Of a DNA stretch of 64,000 nt, positions 19,529 to 28,915 are shown piece after piece. The DNA comes from a virus. Every line of letters starts with the position of its first letter. The first letter of the stretch is position 1. Under the pieces are notes generated by a model. The model was not told where the DNA came from. It did no database searches and saw nothing but the letters and a program-made list of their open reading frames with translations. The DNA lies in the IMG/VR virus record IMGVR_UViG_3300031963_012969, one strand, 5' to 3'. Made by a program: the position numbers and the translations under genes.

Positions 19529-19543
19529 AAAATATTTAACTAC

Positions 19544-19789
19544 TTAGTGATAGTAATCCCACTGCGAAAAATAAGACTCAATGTCGAATAAAACACTGTC
19601 ACAGCTATACAACGGTTTATCTAGATCGTGTAATTTATCTGGATCGTCGGTTTTATTCATAAGTTTTGACACTTTCTTAGATAATTTTGTATATCTTTTT
19701 TTAAAACCTTTCGTGTCTTGTTTTACTTTTTTAAAGTACGCTTTTAAATCTTTTTCTAACTGATTTAACCCAATTATTGCTTGCTTCAT
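19544..19789 (-). CDS. Hypothetical protein
   Basis: 81-aa ORF, ATGA-coupled. Confidence 0.65.
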   Translation of the reverse strand: MKQAIIGLNQLEKDLKAYFKKVKQDTKGFKKRYTKLSKKVSKLMNKTDDPDKLHDLDKPLYSCDSVLFDIESYFSQWDYYH

Positions 19790-20733
19790 AATAAATCTTC
19801 GCCTTCAAATTCTTCCACATAGAAAACGTTATTTACTTTAGGTAATTCTCTGTTTACTGTTGACTTATCGTAAACAATTATTTTCCATGTTCCACCGCGA
19901 TAACAAAAATCCCAAGCCTTGTCGAAAGCATCTTTTCCGATAAAAGCATTGACAATTTTTTCGGATACGAGCTCTGTGTCCGTGTCAAAAGCCTTTATTA
20001 ATATCCTACTCGACTTGGCGCACGAATTTCTACCTATCCAAACTCTGGGAGTACCTGGAAGCCTGTTTTTGCCTAATCTAATAATCCCTATCCTAGATCT
20101 CAATTCACTGTTTATTAGCCTAATCGTCTTCCTCCATTTATAATTTAAGTATTCTTGCCCCTGATCTGTATTAAAAAATTCACCAACAAATCTTTCAGCT
20201 TCCTGTTCTGTGAAAAAATCTGTACAGTTTTTGTCGTTTATCTGATCCTTATATAGAAGGCTATATAAATCATCTTTAGACAGCCATACTTTTAATTCGT
20301 CAACTGTAAAATATTCGTCTTCAATTAGGTTATTGAATTTTATTTTGGAAGGAATCCAAGAAACTATGGTCTCAAAGCGACGAAGATTAACTATAGAATC
20401 TTCGTTCATAATAGGTGAAACCAATGAAACGCTCTGCTCAGGAATTTTTCCTTTATTAATTTCTGTTTCTGATACTATTGCTTCTTCACAATTCAAGTCG
20501 TCTATAGCTTCTTTTCCGTGTATATTTACATCCACATACTGATCTACTGATACAAATAATTCCAGCTGCTGAAACGTTGGAGTTTTATTTTTTTTGTATT
20601 TTTTCTGTTGATATGTTTTTTTATTTTGTTTTTTACCTTTTTCAAGGGAATATAAATGAGACTCACAAATAACTCTACTAAGCTGATCCATATATTTTTT
20701 TCTTAGTAAAGCTTTTTCTCTTTTTGTTTTCAT
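19786..20733 (-). CDS. Hypothetical protein
   Basis: Likely start at the ATG at 20733 (MKTKREK), downstream of the structured leader. Confidence 0.7.
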   Translation of the reverse strand: MKTKREKALLRKKYMDQLSRVICESHLYSLEKGKKQNKKTYQQKKYKKNKTPTFQQLELFVSVDQYVDVNIHGKEAIDDLNCEEAIVSETEINKGKIPEQSVSLVSPIMNEDSIVNLRRFETIVSWIPSKIKFNNLIEDEYFTVDELKVWLSKDDLYSLLYKDQINDKNCTDFFTEQEAERFVGEFFNTDQGQEYLNYKWRKTIRLINSELRSRIGIIRLGKNRLPGTPRVWIGRNSCAKSSRILIKAFDTDTELVSEKIVNAFIGKDAFDKAWDFCYRGGTWKIIVYDKSTVNRELPKVNNVFYVEEFEGEDLL

Positions 20734-20777
20734 GTCTTTTGTTTTTTGATTGTTGTTAAACTGTCCACTGTTATTAG

Positions 20778-20885
20778 CCCGAAACACTGTTGCCAGCCGA
20801 TTTTGACTCAAGCTGCGCTTGTCCGTTGATCTCCGCTTCGCGGATCTAAACGGAACGTAAAAATAGGTGGCACACGTGTTTCGGG
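20778..20885 (-). ncRNA. Long imperfect hairpin leader or small RNA
   Basis: CCCGAAACAC/GTGTTTCGGG closing stem with nested TGCCA/TGGCA, CCGTT/AACGG, GATC and CCGC/GCGG stems, directly downstream of a sigma70 promoter. Confidence 0.55.
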
Positions 20886-20903
20886 AAAAACGAACAAGTT
20901 CGG

Positions 20904-20932
20904 ATGATACTTGATTTTTTTTAAAAGGTCAA
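20904..20932 (-). promoter_or_regulatory. Sigma70-type promoter
   Basis: Minus strand TTGACC-N17-TATCAT. Confidence 0.7.
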
Positions 20933-20972
20933 GACTATTTTTTAATTTTATTTCTTGGATTAAATATCATGT

Positions 20973-21629
20973 TTAACAACAAACACCTACAGGAACAAAT
21001 TTTTGAATCGATTCAGTAATTTTGTTGCATACAGCAGTATGTTTTACCGACGGACTCAAATGCGGTGGAACTAACCCCGTTTTGTATTTAACAATCACTT
21101 CAACTCCTTTGTCAAACGGTTCAAACAATACAAAAGTAATTTTATCCCCTTTTGTTACAAAAATCGGGGGAATGACAATGCTTACGGTAGAGCTATCTAC
21201 CATCTTATTTACTATGCTTTGGAGAGAGTTTATTTGCTTTATTTGATTTTGAAAATTTATTTGGGCAACAGCTTCGTTATATTCTATAAGCCAATCAGAG
21301 TATTCATCTATTTGCTTACTAGATGGTTTCTGATTGATAAAAAGCTTTGCTTCAAATTCATTTTCGTACTTAATGCAAGGAGTTTTTGATGCCAGTTTTT
21401 TTACTGGTATTTCTTTTTGTTTGTTAGTCTTGGGTGTTATTACTTTTTTTTGCGAAAGAGAGGCAATTTTTGTTTCTATGTTTTTTGGAGGTCTACCTCT
21501 TTTTCTCTTTGCCTCTACTATTTTTTCAACTGTTTTGTTTTTTGGGGGTCTACCTCTTTTTCTCTTTGCCTCTACTATTTTTTCAACTGTTTTGTTTTTT
21601 GGAGGTCTACCCCTCCTCTTCTGTGTCAT
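20973..21629 (-). CDS. AT-hook DNA-binding protein
   Basis: Three KR[RK]RGRPPKN AT-hook motifs encoded by a 60-bp tandem repeat. Confidence 0.78.
   Translation of the reverse strand: MTQKRRGRPPKNKTVEKIVEAKRKRGRPPKNKTVEKIVEAKRKRGRPPKNIETKIASLSQKKVITPKTNKQKEIPVKKLASKTPCIKYENEFEAKLFINQKPSSKQIDEYSDWLIEYNEAVAQINFQNQIKQINSLQSIVNKMVDSSTVSIVIPPIFVTKGDKITFVLFEPFDKGVEVIVKYKTGLVPPHLSPSVKHTAVCNKITESIQKFVPVGVCC
21478..21620. repeat. 60-bp coding tandem repeat (about 2.4 copies)
   Basis: Repeats KRKRGRPPKNKTVEKIVEAK. Confidence 0.9.
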
Positions 21630-22311
21630 GTTTTGGGGTTTGTGTATTTTGTTTGTTTTGATTTTTGCGTTCCGCATATGCGTCAAATTCTCCAGTAGTA
21701 ACAAGAGATAATTCAATTGTCTCTTTAAGCAAATTTGCCGTAGTTGACACTACTTCTTCTGTTATGTTTGGGTCGTTGATGTTTTTCCGATTGATTAAGT
21801 CAAAAAACATATCAAACATCAAAGAAAAACTATTTATAGATTCATTGAGGAATTGACCTTGGATATCTATGTGGCATAAATTTTTCTTTTTCTTTGATTC
21901 AAGTATTTCAAGCTCTTTAAGTACATCGGACAGCATCATTGGCACGAAAAAGCTTCCAACAACAAATCCAGTATCGTCGTCTATTATTTTGTCTATTTGG
22001 CTTGTTTCAATAGGGTACTCTTTTTTTATTTCCTCTGAGGAGTTCTCTATTTTTTTAATTGGAGATTTATTTTTTATAGACTTTATTACGGTATTCACTT
22101 GTTCCAACAAGTTTTGCACTATAAATGGTCTGGACTCTCCGTTTTCGTATACTTTATCAAACTTTCTTATTATCTCCCCTACCATATAAGCATGAAGTAG
22201 GTCGTATTTATCTAGTGTTTTTATTGGAGATGTGGCGGTTTCAAATGAAAACACCGCACTAAAAAAACTACTTTTATAGTCAGTAGCTAAAATAAATTGT
22301 TCTTTTTTCAT
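21607..22311 (-). CDS. Hypothetical protein
   Basis: 234-aa ORF. Confidence 0.75.
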   Translation of the reverse strand: MKKEQFILATDYKSSFFSAVFSFETATSPIKTLDKYDLLHAYMVGEIIRKFDKVYENGESRPFIVQNLLEQVNTVIKSIKNKSPIKKIENSSEEIKKEYPIETSQIDKIIDDDTGFVVGSFFVPMMLSDVLKELEILESKKKKNLCHIDIQGQFLNESINSFSLMFDMFFDLINRKNINDPNITEEVVSTTANLLKETIELSLVTTGEFDAYAERKNQNKQNTQTPKHDTEEEG

Positions 22312-22452
22312 ATTTTTCGTTAATCCTTTATAATTAAATTATTATTCATCAATAATTAATTATAAAGGTATGTATATATTTTACACATTTTTTTTATTTT
22401 TCAAAAAAAATCGCACTTGGCCGTTTATCTTGAGTTATCTTAACACGCTTTG

Positions 22453-22489
22453 CGTATATACTATAGGGTTTGAACCTATAGTATATACG
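22453..22489. terminator. Long palindromic hairpin
   Basis: CGTATATACTATAGG-gtttgaa-CCTATAGTATATACG just after the stop of 22501-22959; no clear U-tract. Confidence 0.5.
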
Positions 22490-22500
22490 TATATTAGCGG

Positions 22501-22959
22501 TTAAGCTTTCCGGAAGACCCGCCGAAACAGGTCTGACATTCCTGTCAGGTCTATATTGGTCTTCATTTCTTCTTCTACCGTCGATTTAGCAGCCACTGAT
22601 TCTTCTCCCGTTGATTCAGTGACCACTGCTTCACAGCTTGCTGTTTCAGCAAACTTTCTCAGCGCTTCCAGCTCTCGGTCTTCACGTTTCTTTTTGAAGC
22701 GTTCGCGAAGATACCCTGCGCCATCTATCGCTTTTGCGGAAAGTTTCATTCCCGCTGTAAGAGCGATAATCGTGCTTGCTACTCCAATTGCTGTCTTTGC
22801 CGTTGATACCCCAACCTGTAGGGCATATTTACCTACTACGGGGCCGTGTTTGACCGCCATTTTACTAATTGTGTTTGTCGCGTGACTAAGCATATATATA
22901 TATATATTTGGTTTATGTTTTAGTTGTTTTCGGTTTTTTTTAAAAGGTGTCCGATTCAC
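22501..22959 (-). CDS. Hypothetical protein with a hydrophobic segment
   Basis: 152-aa ORF; true start uncertain. Confidence 0.65.
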   Translation of the reverse strand: MNRTPFKKNRKQLKHKPNIYIYMLSHATNTISKMAVKHGPVVGKYALQVGVSTAKTAIGVASTIIALTAGMKLSAKAIDGAGYLRERFKKKREDRELEALRKFAETASCEAVVTESTGEESVAAKSTVEEEMKTNIDLTGMSDLFRRVFRKA

Positions 22960-23893
22960 CTTTTTGATTGTTCACTTCAAATGGGCTTTTAACCCACGTT
23001 GAAGGGAAACAAAAATTTTCGCCGACATTATCTACTTTTCCTACACTGACAGGAAAGTTTATTTCCACCACACTGATCAGTGGGACTTGATCCCTGTTAT
23101 TGACTTTATACAATTCAATAAGTGATCCGTCTCCAAGACCCGCAAGCTCCGGTAAAAAGCCTACGATCTTTAGTAGTTTATCTCTCTGCCTACCGAAGTT
23201 AAAGTTTTTCGATCTAACCAACGAAGTCGAAGAAACCCCCTTTCTTATGTGATCTTCTACGCAATTGTAGAGTTTCACAAGGTTCATTTTTAATGTTTGA
23301 TCATCTGTGAACTGCAACGAGTTCATTACGTTCTTAAACAACCCCGCAGTCTCTGGACTGGGTCCGTATAGGGTTGTCAAAAACCTGGCAAACAAACAGG
23401 CCTTGAGCTTGTTTATTTTTAGTGTAACTTTTTCGCAGCCGCAGGTATATTCCTGCAGCGCACTGTCAAGCCCGAATAGGTTTAACTTATTTTCCTCCGG
23501 CGGCTGCCGGAATAACTCTTGCGTCAAAGTTGCAAGATTTTTTATCGGCATCGTTGCTTTATTCACGACTCCTTTAGGGCCTTGAACACAGCTACCTCCA
23601 TTAGGAGCTATATAGCTTCCAAGTGGAAGAGGCAATGCCGCAGTAGCCCAGTTTACACTGGCCTGCTCTACTTTATTTACTATGAACGGTGGATTACCGC
23701 AAGACGCTCCCATGAGTCTTGCAACTCCATTTCGTACCTTGTAAGAAGCCACCTTGGTGACTTTGCCTTGCTTTAAGGCAAAACCAATTTGCACTTGCTC
23801 CTCAGGCAATATTGTCTGAGTTTTATTGTTAGGTATCACATTTATTAATGACCCTGTTTTTCCGTGGGTCACGGATGTAGTCAGTGTATGCAC
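22940..23893 (-). CDS. Hypothetical protein
   Basis: 317-aa ORF. Confidence 0.75.
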   Translation of the reverse strand: MHTLTTSVTHGKTGSLINVIPNNKTQTILPEEQVQIGFALKQGKVTKVASYKVRNGVARLMGASCGNPPFIVNKVEQASVNWATAALPLPLGSYIAPNGGSCVQGPKGVVNKATMPIKNLATLTQELFRQPPEENKLNLFGLDSALQEYTCGCEKVTLKINKLKACLFARFLTTLYGPSPETAGLFKNVMNSLQFTDDQTLKMNLVKLYNCVEDHIRKGVSSTSLVRSKNFNFGRQRDKLLKIVGFLPELAGLGDGSLIELYKVNNRDQVPLISVVEINFPVSVGKVDNVGENFCFPSTWVKSPFEVNNQKGESDTF

Positions 23894-24002
23894 TGTTATT
23901 GTTTGTTTATTTATTGTTGTTGGTTGTTAACAAATGTAAGTAAATTACTTACATATTATTATGGCTTATTACTGCAAAAAATTAATACCCCCTTAGAAAA
24001 CA

Positions 24003-24031
24003 AAAGGGGCACATTGAGTGCCCCTTTTTTT
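24003..24031. terminator. Bidirectional-type terminator
   Basis: AAAGGGGCAC-attga-GTGCCCCTTT flanked by A/T runs. Confidence 0.7.
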
Positions 24032-24053
24032 AAGTTAAACTGTCAGTATATTT

Positions 24054-24626
24054 TTAAAGAAGTCCAGACGGATTAAAGAACTGTCTCTTTGAATCAGGCA
24101 CCTCAGCCTCTTTGAGAATTTTTACCAATTTTGTGTGAACTTGCGCAGGAACGTTAGTTAAAAATTCTGCTTCCCATATCTGGCCGTTATGGTTTCTGCT
24201 TCTCGGTACAACTCGGCAGAAGCAATAAACTCCACCAGTTTGCTTAATTAAAAGAGAATTAGATCCTCTGTTTAAGCTAACAAAACTGGTGCTAAAAGTT
24301 GGATCACTTTTTGTGACAAACTTGGCTATAGATTCAAGGCTGGAGAAATCCGTGTTTTTTTCTTTTATTTTTGTTTCAGGCAAAGCTTTTTCCTCCTTAG
24401 GTTCCTCCTTAGGTTCCTCCTTAGGTTCCTCCTTAGGTTCCTCCTTAGGTTCCTCCTTAGGTTCCTCCTTAGGTTCCTCATCTTTTGCGTCAGATGCTTG
24501 ACTAACTAGATGATCCTCTTGGGTCTCGGTGCCTGATGGGTTTGCAGACTCTGAAATATCCGAAGAGCTTAATTCAACGGACTCAGTATCTAATTCATTT
24601 GTGTTTTTATTTTTCTTTTTAGCCAT
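24054..24626 (-). CDS. Hypothetical protein with (KEEP)n repeat
   Basis: 12-bp tandem repeat at about 24390-24480. Confidence 0.8.
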   Translation of the reverse strand: MAKKKNKNTNELDTESVELSSSDISESANPSGTETQEDHLVSQASDAKDEEPKEEPKEEPKEEPKEEPKEEPKEEPKEEKALPETKIKEKNTDFSSLESIAKFVTKSDPTFSTSFVSLNRGSNSLLIKQTGGVYCFCRVVPRSRNHNGQIWEAEFLTNVPAQVHTKLVKILKEAEVPDSKRQFFNPSGLL

Positions 24627-24637
24627 ATTTTTATATT

Positions 24638-25048
24638 TTATTCATCTCGGTCTTGCTGTGCAATATAATAATCAATTGATCTTCTTATTAAATCTTTTAC
24701 AGAGTTCAGAGACTTTTCTCTTCCGATTGGTTTTAATCCGATGTCAGTGATTTTAAATACTTCTACGTCAAAAACAAAAGAATTTTTTATTTGTTGTTCT
24801 GTGTTTTTATCTAGAATACTTATCCCCCCGTATTCACTTTCTTCATCTTCATCTTCATCTTCATCTTCATCTTCATCTTCATCTTCATCTTCATCTTCAT
24901 CTTCGGTTGCTATTCCATTTATTCTAATTAAGCATGGATAAGCCCCTGAATGTAAAACATATTCGACATCGTTTTCGTCTATACACATTAAAAAATGTGG
25001 GATTTTTTCAGACTCAGAGAAGTTATTTAATAAGTTTAGGTTTTTCAT
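24638..25048 (-). CDS. Hypothetical protein with (ED)n acidic tract
   Basis: 6-bp TCTTCA repeat at about 24840-24905. Confidence 0.75.
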   Translation of the reverse strand: MKNLNLLNNFSESEKIPHFLMCIDENDVEYVLHSGAYPCLIRINGIATEDEDEDEDEDEDEDEDEDEDEESEYGGISILDKNTEQQIKNSFVFDVEVFKITDIGLKPIGREKSLNSVKDLIRRSIDYYIAQQDRDE

Positions 25049-25051
25049 AAA

Positions 25052-25540
25052 TTAAAAATTTTTTCTTCTCATGTATTCAGCTATAAGAAGCGAGTCTGCA
25101 TCGTTTTTAAAATTTTCGGATAGGTGTGGGAATAGTCTTTTACCTACAGCAAGAGAAGCAATCTTAGTTTCTGGGCCTTTTATGTTTTCTGGTAGCATGA
25201 TTTTTTGCCATTCTTTAGAGTCTATAAATCTATATGGCAAGCATAAATCCTCCATTAAACATTCTTGAGCTTCAAGAACTCTAAGCCCAGATGCGGTTGC
25301 CTTGAACCTTCCAGGATTAACCATTGGCCTTTCAATACATATAACAGGCATATATCCATTTATCCAAGACAAAATTAAATCTTTTGATTTATTTCTATCG
25401 AGCCTATTAATGTATGAAACTTTCTTTGTGTAATTTAAACACTTTTTTACGGGAGTTATTCTATAGTCAGCCAGTTTGTCTTCCCAAACAGCACTTATAT
25501 TTCCTATCCCATTATCCCAACCTATCCATACTTTATTCAT
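25052..25540 (-). CDS. RuvC-like Holliday junction resolvase
   Basis: WIGWDNG, CIERP, IDSKEWQK, DADSLLIAEY. Confidence 0.8.
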   Translation of the reverse strand: MNKVWIGWDNGIGNISAVWEDKLADYRITPVKKCLNYTKKVSYINRLDRNKSKDLILSWINGYMPVICIERPMVNPGRFKATASGLRVLEAQECLMEDLCLPYRFIDSKEWQKIMLPENIKGPETKIASLAVGKRLFPHLSENFKNDADSLLIAEYMRRKNF

Positions 25541-25941
25541 GAATTAAAATTATCTATAAAATTTTTAAACGGAAAAACTATTATCCCATCTCCATTCTCT
25601 ATTGTTTCACCAGGAATCTTTATGTGAGGCACATATATATTGCCATTAAAATCTTCATTTACACATATGTATAAAGAATCGTGTGTTGAATTTATGTGAA
25701 CAAGAGCGATTTGAGAAACACTTGAGATATATCCTACATATTTTTCTAACACTTCTTCGCATCTTTGTAAAAATAAATCTCTAAAAGACGGATGATCAGT
25801 AGCTGATTTACAACTTTTATAAAAAATATCTGAAATTTTATTTATTTCAAATGATCTTTCATCCGAGCAATCAAATATAAATTTAAATCTACCATATAGT
25901 GTTTCGTAATGCTCCATTACAGATTCATTAGAAAACAGCAT
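25537..25941 (-). CDS. Hypothetical protein
   Basis: ORF between RecA and the resolvase; start uncertain. Confidence 0.6.
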   Translation of the reverse strand: MLFSNESVMEHYETLYGRFKFIFDCSDERSFEINKISDIFYKSCKSATDHPSFRDLFLQRCEEVLEKYVGYISSVSQIALVHINSTHDSLYICVNEDFNGNIYVPHIKIPGETIENGDGIIVFPFKNFIDNFNS

Positions 25942-25969
25942 TGAATTTAACTGCAGAAAAGCATCATCA

Positions 25970-27334
25970 CTATTCGCTAGAGTTTTCGATGGGATTCCCA
26001 GTTTCATCTTTGACGAAATCATTGTCGCTGCCTTCGTCCTTAGCTTCGCCATCTTGTTGCTCCCCATCATCTGGTCCGATTGATGAAGATATTCCCGATG
26101 GGGGGAGTGCATTGCTGAGTCTTGTTTCATCTGATTTATTTAATCTTTTACGTTTGTCGTTTAATGTAGATTCATAATTAAATGTAGCCACTTTGTCTTC
26201 TGTGGGTACACCCAATTCTTCTTGGCATCTTTTATAGTATTCTTCGCTATGAGCTAATTTATATATATCTTCAGCTTTCATTGCCTCTGTTCTATCTATT
26301 TTTAACTCTTCGCTAAAGAACGTACCGCCTTTAGCTGCCTGCAAACCCAGTATTCCACCCTTTTTAACTGGATAGTCTGGGTCGGCTTTTTCTGGAAGCG
26401 CTGGCATAGCTGCAGCTAAAAGATTTGTTGTGGATTCTATAAAATCAAAAGATTCGCCCCACTTTACGTTAAAATAAAAAACCCTTCCTGGCTCGGCTAA
26501 TTTATTCTTTTTAAACACGCCCTTAACTTTAAAACCAGATGTTGCTCCATCTTCTTTTGTCGCGGCATTTCTTTTTAGGATAAGCCAATATGTTGCAGCA
26601 AATGGTATGGCCTTGCCTCCTGAGCCAATCATTTTATCTATGTCTGGAATCAATCCTCCACCAAAGCTAGTTTGAATTAATTCCCTTCCTTGGTTCAAAA
26701 CTATCCACAAAGTATTTGTTTCTTTTAATTTACATTTAATTAAGTTTGTGGCGTCTTTGATTACTTTAGCTGACCCACCAACTCTAGCTTGAACAAAATT
26801 TTCTTCATCGTTTTGGGTTCTTGCTTCAGAAGAACCAGCAATGCTATCAAAAATTAAAACCTTGGGTATTACTCCATGTGGGTCTATGCGAAGAAACAGG
26901 TTTAATTGATCGATGGTCATCTTAAGTCCATCCTCAATGGTATCTGCATGAAAAATTCTAAATTTTGCTGGGTCACTGAGATAATTTTTCATGTGCCTAG
27001 TGGATGATGCCATCTCAGTCTCAACCATTGCTGCAATTCCTCCAGACTTCATGCAAATATTTGCAACCCATAATGCAAAACTAGTTTTACTAGATCCCTC
27101 AGATCCCATTACTTGCATGACTCTACCCAAAGCAAATCCCTTTCTTCCAAGACTCCATTGTAGTCCTAGATCTGGAACCTCTAAATACTTTAGGTTTGCG
27201 TCCTCCTCTAAGGCAGAGCTAACCCTGTCTAAGCCGTATTTCTCTTCAATTGAACTTGCGGATTCCACAAAATATTGGTCAAGTGGATTAAGTAATGCTA
27301 ACTCCTCTGTTTTTATTTTTTTTGGTCTTGGCAT
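25970..27334 (-). CDS. recA: RecA/UvsX-family recombinase
   Basis: GRVMQVMGSEGSSKT Walker A, LIFDSIAG Walker B, VLNQGR, SGGKAIPFAA, KKNK. Confidence 0.9.
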   Translation of the reverse strand: MPRPKKIKTEELALLNPLDQYFVESASSIEEKYGLDRVSSALEEDANLKYLEVPDLGLQWSLGRKGFALGRVMQVMGSEGSSKTSFALWVANICMKSGGIAAMVETEMASSTRHMKNYLSDPAKFRIFHADTIEDGLKMTIDQLNLFLRIDPHGVIPKVLIFDSIAGSSEARTQNDEENFVQARVGGSAKVIKDATNLIKCKLKETNTLWIVLNQGRELIQTSFGGGLIPDIDKMIGSGGKAIPFAATYWLILKRNAATKEDGATSGFKVKGVFKKNKLAEPGRVFYFNVKWGESFDFIESTTNLLAAAMPALPEKADPDYPVKKGGILGLQAAKGGTFFSEELKIDRTEAMKAEDIYKLAHSEEYYKRCQEELGVPTEDKVATFNYESTLNDKRKRLNKSDETRLSNALPPSGISSSIGPDDGEQQDGEAKDEGSDNDFVKDETGNPIENSSE

Positions 27335-27416
27335 TTTAAATAATTTATTGTGTTGGTTTACTAAAAATTTAAGAAACTGCGCCACAGTGGGGGCTATGGC
27401 GCATTTTGATTATAAA

Positions 27417-28667
27417 TTAATCCATTAGATCTCTAATGCTTACTTTTTTTGATTCCGAGGCTGAAGAGCTCTTGGAGACCTTTCTTGTCGGTACCGATAT
27501 TTCTTTATCTTCGGATATATCTATACTCTCGTCTTCATCTTCGTCAACTTCTATATTTTTAGATTTTTTTGAGGGAGCTGGAAGATCGTCTTCCACGGGA
27601 GCAAAGCTTCTAGAATCTGCAGACACTAGCTCCTCGCTTTCATCGTCGGTTTTTGATTGTGGTTTTGCCACTACGGAAGTAGTTTTCTTGCTAGAGGCAA
27701 CAAATGATTCCTCAATGACATCTCCTTCATCTTCTTGGTCTTCTATTGTGACTCTGACTGCTTTAGCGCTTGTAATGAGTCTGTCAATATTTGGAACTCT
27801 TGACGCGTAAGCTCTTTTAAGAAGCTTTGGCACATCTGAAAAATAATAGATCATTCTGTCTATCATCTCACTTTCTGTAATTTCATAGAAAATATTGTCG
27901 AGATCGTATCTACTTTCAAGTGTGGCTCTAGAGATCTTTACTGGATCTTCATCATCAATTGGAACCATATTGTATATGGCTATCCCCCCAGCTGGATTTG
28001 GGGTCAATTTCAAACTGCATGGTATAAGAGCCTTTGGATCAGTAATATCACCCCAATAATAATCATCCATTGAGCCAGAATCAGCTTTTCTGTTTTTTCT
28101 GTTTAGTTCTGATAATAATCCCCATTGCTGTCCACCATCTTTTGCCGAACCAGCGCGTCTAAACGCCGTGTTAGGGATTTGTAGGAGGATGGACTTCTCA
28201 GAGTCTTGATCACGATCATACAGAATGATTGAGTTGACGACATATCCAGACCATTTGGTGCTAAGCCTAACGTCTGGATTTTTGTATGCATTAGGCATTC
28301 TTTTGCCGTCTGGACCAAAGCCAGCCAATTCGCAATACTCTGGATCAGCTTTAGCAACCCTAATGAATTCGTCAATTGGGTCATAAGCTGTGTGGTCAAA
28401 TGAAGTAGGGCTAATGATATTTTGATCCTTATTTACAAAAGGGTGAAATTTTAGGCCAACCGCCCACTTTGTAAACATTTGTGGATCATCTTCCTGCCTG
28501 TATGAAAGATAACTAGTTTTATCTTTTATATCCGCAATAGCAGGCAAAATACAGGCTGTTATGTTTTTGTCTTTTTTAGTATACTGAACTCTTACTCCTT
28601 CTTTGTAGACTAAATGTTTTGATGTTTTTGTTTCGCTTTGAATTGTTTCGTTTATTCCTAGTGCCAT
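27417..28667 (-). CDS. Putative single-stranded DNA-binding protein
   Basis: Position next to RecA; ILPA...DPIDEF...DITDP core; long acidic C-terminal tail. Confidence 0.6.
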   Translation of the reverse strand: MALGINETIQSETKTSKHLVYKEGVRVQYTKKDKNITACILPAIADIKDKTSYLSYRQEDDPQMFTKWAVGLKFHPFVNKDQNIISPTSFDHTAYDPIDEFIRVAKADPEYCELAGFGPDGKRMPNAYKNPDVRLSTKWSGYVVNSIILYDRDQDSEKSILLQIPNTAFRRAGSAKDGGQQWGLLSELNRKNRKADSGSMDDYYWGDITDPKALIPCSLKLTPNPAGGIAIYNMVPIDDEDPVKISRATLESRYDLDNIFYEITESEMIDRMIYYFSDVPKLLKRAYASRVPNIDRLITSAKAVRVTIEDQEDEGDVIEESFVASSKKTTSVVAKPQSKTDDESEELVSADSRSFAPVEDDLPAPSKKSKNIEVDEDEDESIDISEDKEISVPTRKVSKSSSASESKKVSIRDLMD

Positions 28668-28690
28668 ATTTTTTATTTTTGTTTGTTGTT

Positions 28691-28882
28691 TTAGTTGTTG
28701 AATAATTCGTCCTCGCAGGAGCCTAGATATTTTTGAAGGTCCTCTCGAAGCCTAATAAGTTCTTCGTCTGATATGTCTAGCTGTTCAGCTATATGATCAA
28801 ATATATCTGCGTCAGCAATTGCGACACGCGCAGCCTCTAAGTATGTAATTATGTTTTCTTCTATATTTTGGGGTAACTTCAT
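28691..28882 (-). CDS. Small hypothetical protein
   Basis: 63-aa ORF. Confidence 0.6.
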   Translation of the reverse strand: MKLPQNIEENIITYLEAARVAIADADIFDHIAEQLDISDEELIRLREDLQKYLGSCEDELFNN

Positions 28883-28915
28883 TAATTCATTTTTTTGTTG
28901 TTATTATTGTTGTTG

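Noticed and set aside
24390-24905. 12-bp and 6-bp tandem repeats as regulatory arrays
   Set aside because: In-frame coding repeats (KEEP, ED) inside ORFs.
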